A stretch of DNA of 64,000 nt, taken from an uncultured Spirochaetota bacterium. GTDB lineage: Bacteria > Spirochaetota > Spirochaetia > SZUA-6 > Fen-1364. How positions within the stretch are numbered: the stretch's first letter is position 1; each line of letters starts with the position of its first letter. A program made the position numbers and the translations under genes. Below the pieces are notes generated by a model that had not been told where the DNA came from, did not search any database, and worked only from the letters and a program-made list of their open reading frames with translations. The DNA is taken from positions 256,001 through 320,000 of the forward strand of contig CAWAHW010000004.1 in NCBI GenBank assembly GCA_963781885.1. The letters run 5' to 3'. Of the stretch, positions 30,771-39,481 are shown piece after piece.

Positions 30771-30909
30771 GTTCAGAAGGAGTTCTAAAGAAAAAAGGAG
30801 GCTTTTAGAGCTTGACGGGGGCACATCATATCAGAACTGCTGGGCATGGCCGTGCCCGCATCGATCTCAGTATCTTCTGGCTGTCACGCATAAACCGGAG
30901 GTGCCATCC

Positions 30910-31890
30910 ATGAAAACGTACCGCATCGCACAGACGCCGTTCGAAGTCACGCGCATCGCCTATGGCTGCATGGGCATCGGCGGCGGGTGGGACCCGGGAC
31001 CGCTCACCGAGCAGGTCCGCGGCGCCGCCCTTGCAAGCATCAAGGCGGCACTCGACGTCGGCATCAATTTCTTCGATCATGCCGACATCTACAGCCGTGG
31101 CAGAGGTGAAGAGGCATTTTCCGGCATCTGGAAGGAAGTGCCCGGCCTGCGCAGCCGCATCGTCGTCCAGACAAAGTGCGGCATCTGTTTCGAGAATGAC
31201 CCCGCGCACGGCTCCCCCCAGCGTTACGACTTCAGCCAGGAGCATATTCTGGCCTCCGTCGAAGGAAGCCTGCGCCGGCTCCAGACCGACTACATCGACA
31301 TCCTGCTCCTCCATCGCCCGGACGCCCTGGTGGAACCGGACGAGGTGGCGGCAGCATTCGAAAAGCTCTTTGTCGCAGGCAAGGTACGCTACTTCGGCGT
31401 GAGCAACCACTCGGCGTGGCAGATCGAGCTCCTGAAACGCTCCCTCACCCACCCGCTCGTGGTCAACCAGGTGGAGCTGAACGTCGTGCACAACCAGCTC
31501 GTGAACGCCGGTGTGTCGGTCAACCAGGATTCACCGACCCTGCCGACGCACGGAGAGGGAACGCTGGAGTATTGCCGTCTGCACGACATCACCATCCAGG
31601 CGTGGAGCCCCGTCGCGCACGGCAGGATCGCAAAGGCGCTGGCTGGCCAGGGGGATGCACGACTGCGCGGCGCGGGCGAGCTTGCCGCTTCACTGGCGAA
31701 GAAGAAGGGCGTGAGCGTGGACGCGGTTCTGCTCGCGTGGCTCCTGCGTCACCCCGCGGGCATACAACCCGTGCTCGGCACGACGCAGCCGGACCGTATC
31801 CGCGAATCGTGCCGGGCCGACGACGTGGAGCTCACGCGCGAGGAATGGTACGCGCTGCTGAGTGCCGGGCGCGGGTCAAAGGTGGCCTGA
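30910..31890 (+). CDS. Aldo/keto reductase family oxidoreductase
   Basis: FFDHADIY, QTKCGI, LLLHRPD, GVSNH, QAWSP, PVLGT. GGAGG RBS before ATG 30910. Confidence 0.93.
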   Translation: MKTYRIAQTPFEVTRIAYGCMGIGGGWDPGPLTEQVRGAALASIKAALDVGINFFDHADIYSRGRGEEAFSGIWKEVPGLRSRIVVQTKCGICFENDPAHGSPQRYDFSQEHILASVEGSLRRLQTDYIDILLLHRPDALVEPDEVAAAFEKLFVAGKVRYFGVSNHSAWQIELLKRSLTHPLVVNQVELNVVHNQLVNAGVSVNQDSPTLPTHGEGTLEYCRLHDITIQAWSPVAHGRIAKALAGQGDARLRGAGELAASLAKKKGVSVDAVLLAWLLRHPAGIQPVLGTTQPDRIRESCRADDVELTREEWYALLSAGRGSKVA

Positions 31891-31911
31891 AAGAACCGCC
31901 GAACGGCGGCG

Positions 31912-32736
31912 CTATCCCTTCACCGCGCCGGCCGCGATGCCCTTGATGATGTACTTCTGCAACGCGAGATAGAAGATGATGATAGGCGTGGCCGAAAGGA
32001 TCAGGCTGGCGGCCGAGGGTCCGTATTCTCGTAGGAACATGCCGTAGAAGTGGAGCTGCTCGAGCTGCAGGGTGCCTGCCTTCACGACGATGAGGGGCAG
32101 GAGAAAGTCGTTCCACAACCACAGGGCGTCCAGGATCATGATGGTCGCCGTGATGGGAATCATGAGCGGGAAGACGACGCGGAAGAAGACGAAGAACTGA
32201 CCCGCGCCGTCGATGGACGCCGCTTCTTCCAGCTCGCGGGGCACGCCTTTCACGAATCCGTGGTACATGAAGACGGCAAGCGGCGCTCCCAGACCCCAGT
32301 ACATCGGGATGATGCCCCAGACGCTGGCAAGCTTCAGGTCGGTGGAAAGCCCCACGATGGGCACCATGATGATCTGGAAGGGGATCACCATGGCGAATGC
32401 AAAGAGCAGGTAGAGCACCCAGGAGATGCGGCCGAAGCTTCGCGCGAGCTTCCATGCCGCCATGGAGCTCACGAGGATGATGCCGGCGACGCCGCCGACG
32501 GTGATGATGGCCGTGTTGAGCAAGGCGCGGGGGAATCTCATCTCCGTCCACGCCTTGATGAAATTGGCGATGGTCAGGGTGGTCGGCAGGCTGATGGGAT
32601 GCAGCTTGATGTCCGCTTCCGGCTTCACGGCATTGTTGAGCACGAAAAGCGCCGGATAGATCCAGAGAAGCGCCAGGAGGATCATGATGGCTTCCAGCAC
32701 GATGAGAGAGCGTTTTTTCGAACCCGGGGCGCTCAC
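31912..32736 (-). CDS. Carbohydrate ABC transporter permease
   Basis: VPRELEEAASIDGA, LWNDFLLP, ends IAAGAVKG. GTG start overlaps the upstream stop. Confidence 0.92.
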   Translation of the reverse strand: MSAPGSKKRSLIVLEAIMILLALLWIYPALFVLNNAVKPEADIKLHPISLPTTLTIANFIKAWTEMRFPRALLNTAIITVGGVAGIILVSSMAAWKLARSFGRISWVLYLLFAFAMVIPFQIIMVPIVGLSTDLKLASVWGIIPMYWGLGAPLAVFMYHGFVKGVPRELEEAASIDGAGQFFVFFRVVFPLMIPITATIMILDALWLWNDFLLPLIVVKAGTLQLEQLHFYGMFLREYGPSAASLILSATPIIIFYLALQKYIIKGIAAGAVKG

Positions 32737-34256
32737 AGCTGCACCTCCCGTCGCTTGCTGATGGAGAGCTGGATGCCGGTCACGAGCGCGATCAGGAGAA
32801 AGAGCAATATGGCCTTTGCCGTGCCCAGGCCCGCCTGCTTCTTCGCAAAGGCGTCGAAAAAGATGTCCATGACGAAGGGGACCGTGCCGGTGGCGTACCC
32901 CGAAGGCCCCTGCATCGCGTAGACAAGGTCGAAGCTCTTCAGCGAGTTGGAGAGGCTCAGGAAGAGGCAGATCGTGAAGGCCGGCACGAGGAGCGGCAGC
33001 GTGATGTGCCGCAGCCTCTTGCCGAATGTGGCCCCGTCGATGCTGGACGCTTCCAGCACGTCCGTGGGCACGTTCGACATGCCCGCGAGGTAGATCACCA
33101 TGAGGTAGCCCGCCTGCTGCCAGACCTGGACGAGGACGATGAGCCACGGCGTTTTTGCGGCATCCCCCATCCAGAGGTCGATGCCCGTGAGCTTCGGCAG
33201 CAGGTTGTAGAACACGAACGACCACACGAGCGCCACGATGATCATCGAAAGAACGTTCGGCAGGAAAAACACCGACCGCAGGACCTTCTGGCTCTTGATG
33301 CCGCTGTCGAGCGCGAGCGCGAGGAAGAAAGCGATCAGGTTGCTCAGGAGGACGTTGAAGAAGGTGAAGAAGATCGTGAAACCGACGACGCCCATCTCGA
33401 ACTCCCGGTCGACCCAGTTGTCGGCGAGCAGCCTCTTCAGCGCACCGAGGCCGTAGATCTCTTTCGCGGCGGCGCTCACCTCTGCGGCGTTTGCGGCGCT
33501 GAATTTGTTGTCCCGAAGGAATGCGCTCACGAGGCCCCCCAGGGCCGCGTCATCCCTTTTCAAGCCGGCCGTCTTCACCGACGAGATGAAGGCATCGACG
33601 GCGTCCGAAGAGACGCTTTTTGCCGTCGCCACCTCGGGAAGGAGCCAGATCCTGTCCTCCAGCGTGAACTCATTGAATTGAGGCTGCAGCGCGTAGGTGT
33701 CCTGGGCCGGCGCGTAGTAGCGGGCGGCCAGGGCGCGATCGTCGGCTCCCGTGAGGTGGGGGAGGAATTTCCGCTCGAACTCGGTCCGCGGAATGCTCTT
33801 GGGCAGGTCAGAATCCTCGTTGAAATTGGTCTTCGTGAACATGTGCGGGTAGAAGCGCTGCTCCACCTTGCCGGCGAAGATCTGCGCATAGTTGGCAAAA
33901 CCGATCACCCGGTAGCTCTGCGGCTGGTAGCCGATCCGCCGGAGAATCCGCTGCAGTCGGTAGCGCGCGAGCCCCGTGACATAGAGACGCTTGTACTGGT
34001 TGTCCGACGCGTCGAGGTGATAGGTCGCGAGAAGGAAGTCGCGATCAGCGGCCGAGGAGATGCGGGCGAGAATCGTCGACTCGAATTCCTCCTTCGGCAT
34101 GCTGATGGGAGTGCGGGGCGTCAGGCCGTCCCAGTTGGTGAATGAGATCCGGATGCCTTGGACAAAGGGGTAGAGGAAGAAAACGGAATACAGGAGGAGC
34201 GCGGGCAGGACAAAGACGGCGAACAGGACGACGACCTTGAATCTCGGCTGCACCAT
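32733..34256 (-). CDS. Carbohydrate ABC transporter permease with a large extracytoplasmic insertion
   Basis: TM1 ending ISFTNWDG, a ~280-aa hydrophilic insert, then the core with VLEASSIDGA. Confidence 0.9.
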   Translation of the reverse strand: MVQPRFKVVVLFAVFVLPALLLYSVFFLYPFVQGIRISFTNWDGLTPRTPISMPKEEFESTILARISSAADRDFLLATYHLDASDNQYKRLYVTGLARYRLQRILRRIGYQPQSYRVIGFANYAQIFAGKVEQRFYPHMFTKTNFNEDSDLPKSIPRTEFERKFLPHLTGADDRALAARYYAPAQDTYALQPQFNEFTLEDRIWLLPEVATAKSVSSDAVDAFISSVKTAGLKRDDAALGGLVSAFLRDNKFSAANAAEVSAAAKEIYGLGALKRLLADNWVDREFEMGVVGFTIFFTFFNVLLSNLIAFFLALALDSGIKSQKVLRSVFFLPNVLSMIIVALVWSFVFYNLLPKLTGIDLWMGDAAKTPWLIVLVQVWQQAGYLMVIYLAGMSNVPTDVLEASSIDGATFGKRLRHITLPLLVPAFTICLFLSLSNSLKSFDLVYAMQGPSGYATGTVPFVMDIFFDAFAKKQAGLGTAKAILLFLLIALVTGIQLSISKRREVQL

Positions 34257-34274
34257 GATGCGCTCTCCTTGAGT

Positions 34275-34303
34275 GTCCCGGGGAGGCGGCGCCTCCCCGG
34301 GAC
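34275..34303 (-). terminator. 13-bp perfect stem-loop after the binding-protein gene
   Basis: GTCCCGGGGAGGC-GGC-GCCTCCCCGGGAC. No U-tract, so more likely an mRNA stabiliser. Confidence 0.55.
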
Positions 34304-34327
34304 TGGATTGCTCAGGTGGTCAGGGTA

Positions 34328-35560
34328 CTACTTCTTGAGCGATTCCGCCCACATGCGGTCCATGTCCGCGATGACGTCCGCTGCGGTCTTCTTGCCGAAC
34401 ACGTAGGCAAGGGCCCCGTTCTTCGCGCCGTCCTCGAACACGTTCGTGGGGTACATGGAGAAGGCCCACGGATAGGCGCCGTTCTTGCCGACGTTGCTCA
34501 TGAGGTCGCCGAAGGGGGACTTCAGCGCCGACTGGTCGGCTCCCTTGAAGTCGGAGGTGAGCTTGCAGTCGCGGGTCCAGATCTTCACCGCCGCAGGGGT
34601 TGCAAGCCATTCGATGAACTTGCGCGCGGCGGCCTGCTTGTCGGCCGACGCCTGGGAGGAGAGGCCGAACGTGGAATCCACGTCCGCGTAGAACTTGTTC
34701 ACCGACGCGGTGTTGGACACGGGGAACGGAATGAATCCCGCGTTCAGATTGGGGTTCGCGTCCAAAGCGGCGCCATAGGACCAGAGCCCCTGCACCATCA
34801 TCGCTTCCTTGCCGGCCGCGAATGCGGATGCCTGCTCGGAATACGCCATCTCCTGCGCGTTCGTGTCCATATTGCTCTTGTAGAAATCAATGATGGAGAA
34901 CAGCCGGCTCGTGTCCACCACGCCGAAGGTGGTCTTTCCCGCGTTCATGTCTGCCACGAACTGGGGCGCGGCGATCTTCTTCTCCGCGAGCAGGGTCGTA
35001 TGCACCATCGTGATGAAGTGGCCGATGGACCAGTTTTCCTTCAGAAGACCGGCGAATGGAGTCACGCCATTGTCGGAAAGGGTCTTCACGACCCGCTCCA
35101 GGTCACGATAGGTGGTCGGGGGCTGCAGTTTGTACTTTGCAAAGATGTCCTTGTTGTACACGATGCCGATCCCCGCGAAATCCATGGGGACCGCCCACTG
35201 CTTGCCGTTCCAGGTGACCGCCGGTTTCGCCGAATCGATGACCTTCGCCATGACCGGCGCCTTTGAAAGATCCACGAGGTAGCCCTTCTGGGCATATTCG
35301 AATACGCGGCTGTAGGACTGCATCTCCAGGATCTCCGACAGCGTGCCCGCTGCCGCGCGCGCCGACATCGTGGCGTCCGCGTCGTTGGGGACGATCAGCA
35401 GGCTGATGGTGATGCCCGGGTTCTCCTGCGTGAAGGCATCCGTCAGGGTCTTCAAACCGGCCTGGATCTCCTGCTTGTAGTAGTACATTTCCAGGCTCTG
35501 CGCCGACACCGTTCCCGCGAGAACGACGGCGAGGATCAAAAGGACGAGGACTCTCTTCAT
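34328..35560 (-). CDS. Carbohydrate ABC transporter substrate-binding protein (MsmE-like)
   Basis: Signal peptide, GIVYNKDIF, AMMVQGLW. GAGGAGG RBS. Confidence 0.92.
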   Translation of the reverse strand: MKRVLVLLILAVVLAGTVSAQSLEMYYYKQEIQAGLKTLTDAFTQENPGITISLLIVPNDADATMSARAAAGTLSEILEMQSYSRVFEYAQKGYLVDLSKAPVMAKVIDSAKPAVTWNGKQWAVPMDFAGIGIVYNKDIFAKYKLQPPTTYRDLERVVKTLSDNGVTPFAGLLKENWSIGHFITMVHTTLLAEKKIAAPQFVADMNAGKTTFGVVDTSRLFSIIDFYKSNMDTNAQEMAYSEQASAFAAGKEAMMVQGLWSYGAALDANPNLNAGFIPFPVSNTASVNKFYADVDSTFGLSSQASADKQAAARKFIEWLATPAAVKIWTRDCKLTSDFKGADQSALKSPFGDLMSNVGKNGAYPWAFSMYPTNVFEDGAKNGALAYVFGKKTAADVIADMDRMWAESLKK

Positions 35561-35693
35561 GGTCACACCTCCTCGGAATATGTCCCCCCCACGGGGGGAT
35601 TCTCCTACGCGACGGCCGTCCGGGCCGCCATTCCATGCTCACGTGCGGACACGCGATCGGGGTTGCACATTTCCACGAACTCGTGTAACATCA

Positions 35694-35737
35694 TGCAACC
35701 GGTTGCACGATTATAACAGGCCGGGGGCGGTTGTCAA
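35694..35737 (-). promoter_or_regulatory. Consensus sigma70 promoter and LacI operator of the ABC operon
   Basis: Minus strand TTGACA, 16 nt ending in TGT, TATAAT (35737-35710). Perfect palindrome TGCAACCGGTTGCA at 35694-35707 over the predicted start site. Confidence 0.85.
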
Positions 35738-35764
35738 GCGAAAAATCTCCAGGAGGGCGGGCGG

Positions 35765-36790
35765 ATGGAGCGCAAAAAGCGGGTGACGATCTACGACGTG
35801 GCGCAGAAGGCCGGTGTCACCGCCGCCACCGTCTCCCGCGTCATCAACAGCAGGAATGGCATCTCGCGCGCGACCCGCGAAAAGGTGATGGCCGTCATGC
35901 AGAAGGAGCGGTACTACCCCTCCCCCGCCGCCTCGGGTCTGCGGAAGAAGAGCACGCAGGAGATCGGCATCCTCTCCCCCTTCTTCATCGGGGACTTTTT
36001 CCTGAAGATATTCGAGAGCCTCCACCGGCAGCTCAAGGACTACGACCTGATCCTCTACAATGCGCAAACCCCCGCGCACCGGCGCGAGGTGATCCACCGC
36101 ATCGTGGCCGAGGAGAAGCTGCGCGCCCTCATCGTCGCGAGCACGCCCATCCTCCTGGAGGAGGAGATGCTCATCTCCCGCATGGGCATTCCCGTCGTCC
36201 TCGTGGAGGCACGGCATCCCGCCTACAGCTCGGTGGACTACGACCACCAGATCGGGGCGCTGAAGGCTGTCTCCCACCTCGTGGAGCTCGGACACCGCGA
36301 CATCGCCATCATTGGAGGGAAGCCTGAAACCCGGCTGTATTCCCCCATCGGCAAGGACCGTCTGAAGGGCTACCGCATGGCGCTCGCCATGGCAGGCATC
36401 CCGGTCCAGGAACGCTATATCCAGAGCGGCGAGTGGACCAGCGCGGATGCCCAGGCGAGCGCCCGCGCGCTGCTCGCGGACGCGCATCCTCCCACCGCGA
36501 TATTCGCCACCTCCGACGCGCAGGCGGCGGGCGTCCTGCTGGCTGCCCAGGAGATGAGGATAAAGGTGCCGGGCCAGCTTTCCGTCGTCGGCTACGACAA
36601 CATCCCTTTTGCGGAGTATCTCTCCCTCACCACCATGTGGCAGCGCCACGATCAGCTCGCGCGCAACGCGGCGAATCTCCTGCTGGAGGAAATACGCACC
36701 GGCATCCGCGCAGGCGAGCGGGTCGTGCTCCAGCCCGAGCTCGTCGTGCGCGGATCCACGGCTGCACCCGCGGCAAGACGACGCCCGTGA
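35765..36790 (+). CDS. LacI-family transcriptional regulator
   Basis: VTIYDVAQKAGVTAATVSRVIN HTH and SVVGYDN. Confidence 0.95.
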   Translation: MERKKRVTIYDVAQKAGVTAATVSRVINSRNGISRATREKVMAVMQKERYYPSPAASGLRKKSTQEIGILSPFFIGDFFLKIFESLHRQLKDYDLILYNAQTPAHRREVIHRIVAEEKLRALIVASTPILLEEEMLISRMGIPVVLVEARHPAYSSVDYDHQIGALKAVSHLVELGHRDIAIIGGKPETRLYSPIGKDRLKGYRMALAMAGIPVQERYIQSGEWTSADAQASARALLADAHPPTAIFATSDAQAAGVLLAAQEMRIKVPGQLSVVGYDNIPFAEYLSLTTMWQRHDQLARNAANLLLEEIRTGIRAGERVVLQPELVVRGSTAAPAARRRP

Positions 36791-38364
36791 AAAGGACCGC
36801 GGGGCGCGCGGCGCCCGCTGCAGATCGTTTCGCCAGCCGCGCGAGCGGGATCCTCCTGCATCCGACCAGTCTTCCCGGGCCGCATGGGATCGGCGACCTT
36901 GGGGCATCGGCGCACCGCTTCCTGGATCAGCTCGCCGCGGCGCATCAGTCCCTCTGGCAGGTGCTCCCGCTGGGGCCGACGGGCTACGGCGACTCCCCGT
37001 ACGCGTGCTTCTCCTCTTTTGCGGGCAATCCGCTCCTTGTGAGCCTCGAGGCCCTGCGGGAATGGGGCGCCGTGAGAACGGAGGACCTGAGCGCCATACC
37101 CGCCTTCCCCGCCGGCCGGGTGGATTACGGCGCCGTGATTGCCTGGAAAGCTCCTCTCCTGCGCGCAGCGGCAGCCCGCTTTCTGAAAGGCGCAAAAGGT
37201 GAAGCCCGCGACAGCTTCGACTCCTTCTGCGAGCGGGAATCGTGGTGGCTGGACGACTACGGCCTCTTTACGGCCATCAAACGCGCGTGCGTCGGCGCGT
37301 GGAACCGCGACTGGGAGAAGGATCTCGCCCTGCGCGATCGCGCGGCGCTGGCGCGCGCCCGCCGGCAGTGCGCGGCGGACATCGCCGTGGAGCAGGCGAT
37401 ACAGTTTTTCTTCTTCTCCCAGTGGGAGTCCCTGCGCGCGGCGGCGGCAAGGAAGGGGATCCGCATCATCGGCGACCTTCCCATATTCAGCGCGCCGGAT
37501 AGCGCCGACGTGTGGGCCAACCGCGCGCTCTTTCTCCTCGATGGCGACGGGCAGCCGACCTCTGTTTCAGGGGTCCCGCCGGACTATTTCGCCGCCACGG
37601 GCCAGCTCTGGGGCAACCCCCTCTACGACTGGGAGGCGCTGCGGCGCGAGGGATACCGATTCTGGATCGAGCGCATCGGCGCGGCATTCAGGCTTTTCGA
37701 CTACGTGCGCATCGATCACTTCCGGGGCTTCGAGGCGTGCTGGACGGTGCCGGCCGGAGAATCGACGGCCCAACGGGGCCAATGGGTGAAGGTGCCGGGT
37801 GAAGAGCTCTTTGCAGCTCTTGAAAGGGAGCTGGGGAGCCTCGCGATCATCGCGGAGGACCTGGGCGTCATCACGCCCGCGGTGAGCGCGCTGCGGGAGC
37901 GGAGGGGATTCCCCGGCATGAGAATCCTCCAGTTTGCATTCGACAGCGACGAGGCGGGCGCGCTGGACGCGGGCAACCGCTTCCTTCCGCACAATCACGC
38001 GCGCGATTCCATCGTCTATACCGGGACGCACGACAACGACACGACCCGCGGCTGGTACGCGGGGCGAAGCCCGCGGGAGAAGGCCTACCTGGATCGCTAC
38101 GCCCCGGCCACCGACCCCGAGATCGAATGGCGCCTCATCCGCATGGCGCTCTCTTCCGTCTGCGTTTTTGCCCTGACGCCCCTCCAAGATATCCTGGGCC
38201 TGGGAACCGAGGCGCGCATGAACACGCCGGGCACCAGCAGCGCGCTGAACTGGTCGTGGCGGGCGCCGGACTGCATTCTCAATGACGCGGCGGGAGGGCG
38301 GCTTGGCGAGCTCACGGCGCTGTACGGCCGGGCGCCCGCCAAAGCCGCGGACACGGCTCCCTAG
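36787..38364 (+). CDS. malQ: 4-alpha-glucanotransferase (GH77)
   Basis: SGILLHPTSLPG, GQLWGNPLY, RIDHFRGF, IAEDLG, YTGTHDNDT. GTGA overlap with lacI. Confidence 0.95.
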   Translation: MKRTAGRAAPAADRFASRASGILLHPTSLPGPHGIGDLGASAHRFLDQLAAAHQSLWQVLPLGPTGYGDSPYACFSSFAGNPLLVSLEALREWGAVRTEDLSAIPAFPAGRVDYGAVIAWKAPLLRAAAARFLKGAKGEARDSFDSFCERESWWLDDYGLFTAIKRACVGAWNRDWEKDLALRDRAALARARRQCAADIAVEQAIQFFFFSQWESLRAAAARKGIRIIGDLPIFSAPDSADVWANRALFLLDGDGQPTSVSGVPPDYFAATGQLWGNPLYDWEALRREGYRFWIERIGAAFRLFDYVRIDHFRGFEACWTVPAGESTAQRGQWVKVPGEELFAALERELGSLAIIAEDLGVITPAVSALRERRGFPGMRILQFAFDSDEAGALDAGNRFLPHNHARDSIVYTGTHDNDTTRGWYAGRSPREKAYLDRYAPATDPEIEWRLIRMALSSVCVFALTPLQDILGLGTEARMNTPGTSSALNWSWRAPDCILNDAAGGRLGELTALYGRAPAKAADTAP

Positions 38365-39470
38365 CGTTCGACGGTCTCCTCTGCGCGAAGTATCTCCGCG
38401 ATGCGCTTCTCCATTGTCGCCGCTTCCGTCGGGGTGAGGAGACCCGCCTCCAGCTCGAAACGGATATTCGCGCCGCCTGCCAGGCTCTTGACGTTTCCCT
38501 TCGCCTTTTCGGCGCTGTAGCCCTCAGACTCCGCGGTGGCCGGCAGCACCATGCCCAGGCAATCCTGGTCCGCGGTGCGGCTGATCCAGCGCACGCCATG
38601 GTCGAGCTGCCGCGGCTTGTGGGAGATCCAACTCGCGTACCCGTCGGGATGGACCATCATGGTATGCGCCCATCCCTTTGCATCGGCGCGGTAGCTGAGA
38701 TAGAGGACCACCTCCGGATCGAAGGCGAGCCCCGGGACAAGGACGTTGTGCCGGCCGGGGTCGGCGGCAAGCTCGGCCAGGAATTCGCGGTGACCCGCCG
38801 GCGGCTTGATATGCGACGGCAGGACCGTGCGCACCCGCACGGTGTCGCGCGAGCAGGGCGCGCTGTAGACCAGCCTGCCGTTGTCGATCGGGCGAAAGTT
38901 CACGTGGTTCATGAACATGAGCTCCATGCCCGTCTTCTTGTGGTTGGCGATCTCCATGGCAACCGAGACGGTCGCCGATCCCGCGTGCAGGGACGCGCGC
39001 GGCAGGGCCGAATAGTCGCAGGCAAAAGCCACGGTATGTCGATACGCGCCGCCCACGCTCATGAAGGGGCCGCGTTCGTCCACGCCCAGGGAGATGAAGG
39101 CACTGTCGTACGGTGCGTTGGGAAGCTCGCCGTGCAAGGGGTGGGTGTCGCCGGCCGCGGGCACGCCCATGGCCGTGGCGCCGCAGTGCAGGAGGAATGC
39201 CCCGTACGTGGCAAGGTAGTCGCGCGTGGCGCGCGGCTGGCGGAACATCGATTTCATGGTGAGGACCCTGCCGTCGAAGCGCGCGTCCCAGATCTGCTGG
39301 CCCTGCCAGGGCAGGACGACCATCTCGCCGCGCGCGTTTTTCACCCTCACCGCCTCGACGCCCGATTCGTAGCGGAAGAGGCTCGCCGAGAGCTCGCCGC
39401 TTTCAACGATCGTCCTCTCCTTCTCCCCGAAGAAACCGCGCTCCAGGGTAATGACCGTTTCCCGTTCCAT
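38361..39470 (-). CDS. DUF4432 / aldose 1-epimerase-like protein
   Basis: LPWQGQQIW, FLLHCG, HPLHGELP, HVNFRP, LPATAESEGY. Confidence 0.8.
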   Translation of the reverse strand: MERETVITLERGFFGEKERTIVESGELSASLFRYESGVEAVRVKNARGEMVVLPWQGQQIWDARFDGRVLTMKSMFRQPRATRDYLATYGAFLLHCGATAMGVPAAGDTHPLHGELPNAPYDSAFISLGVDERGPFMSVGGAYRHTVAFACDYSALPRASLHAGSATVSVAMEIANHKKTGMELMFMNHVNFRPIDNGRLVYSAPCSRDTVRVRTVLPSHIKPPAGHREFLAELAADPGRHNVLVPGLAFDPEVVLYLSYRADAKGWAHTMMVHPDGYASWISHKPRQLDHGVRWISRTADQDCLGMVLPATAESEGYSAEKAKGNVKSLAGGANIRFELEAGLLTPTEAATMEKRIAEILRAEETVER

Positions 39471-39481
39471 GCGCTGCCTCC

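Larger units (their letters stand above)
29349..30834 (+). mobile_element. IS110-family insertion sequence (IS1111-like architecture)
   Basis: Sub-terminal inverted repeats ATATGAAGTGCCCCC (29354-29368) and GGGGGCACATCATAT (30817-30831). AG core at both ends, DEDD recombinase, long downstream non-coding region. Confidence 0.9.
29238..30842. mobile_element. MITE-like non-autonomous element (~121 bp) whose right TIR is interrupted by the IS110
   Basis: Left TIR CAGCAATTCTCAGTATGG matches the reconstructed right TIR CCAAAATGAG|AACTGCTG at 15/18. Direct repeat GGCATGGCC at 29229-29237 and 30843-30851. Confidence 0.75.

Noticed and set aside
29229-30851. Treating the 9-bp GGCATGGCC duplication as the IS110's own target duplication
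   Set aside because: IS110 elements do not make such duplications. Its ends are defined internally by the sub-terminal repeats and the AG core.
30760-30909. N-terminal extension of the aldo/keto reductase (and of the transposase from 29356)
   Set aside because: These frames cross the IS ends. RBS-supported starts are at 30910 and 29455.
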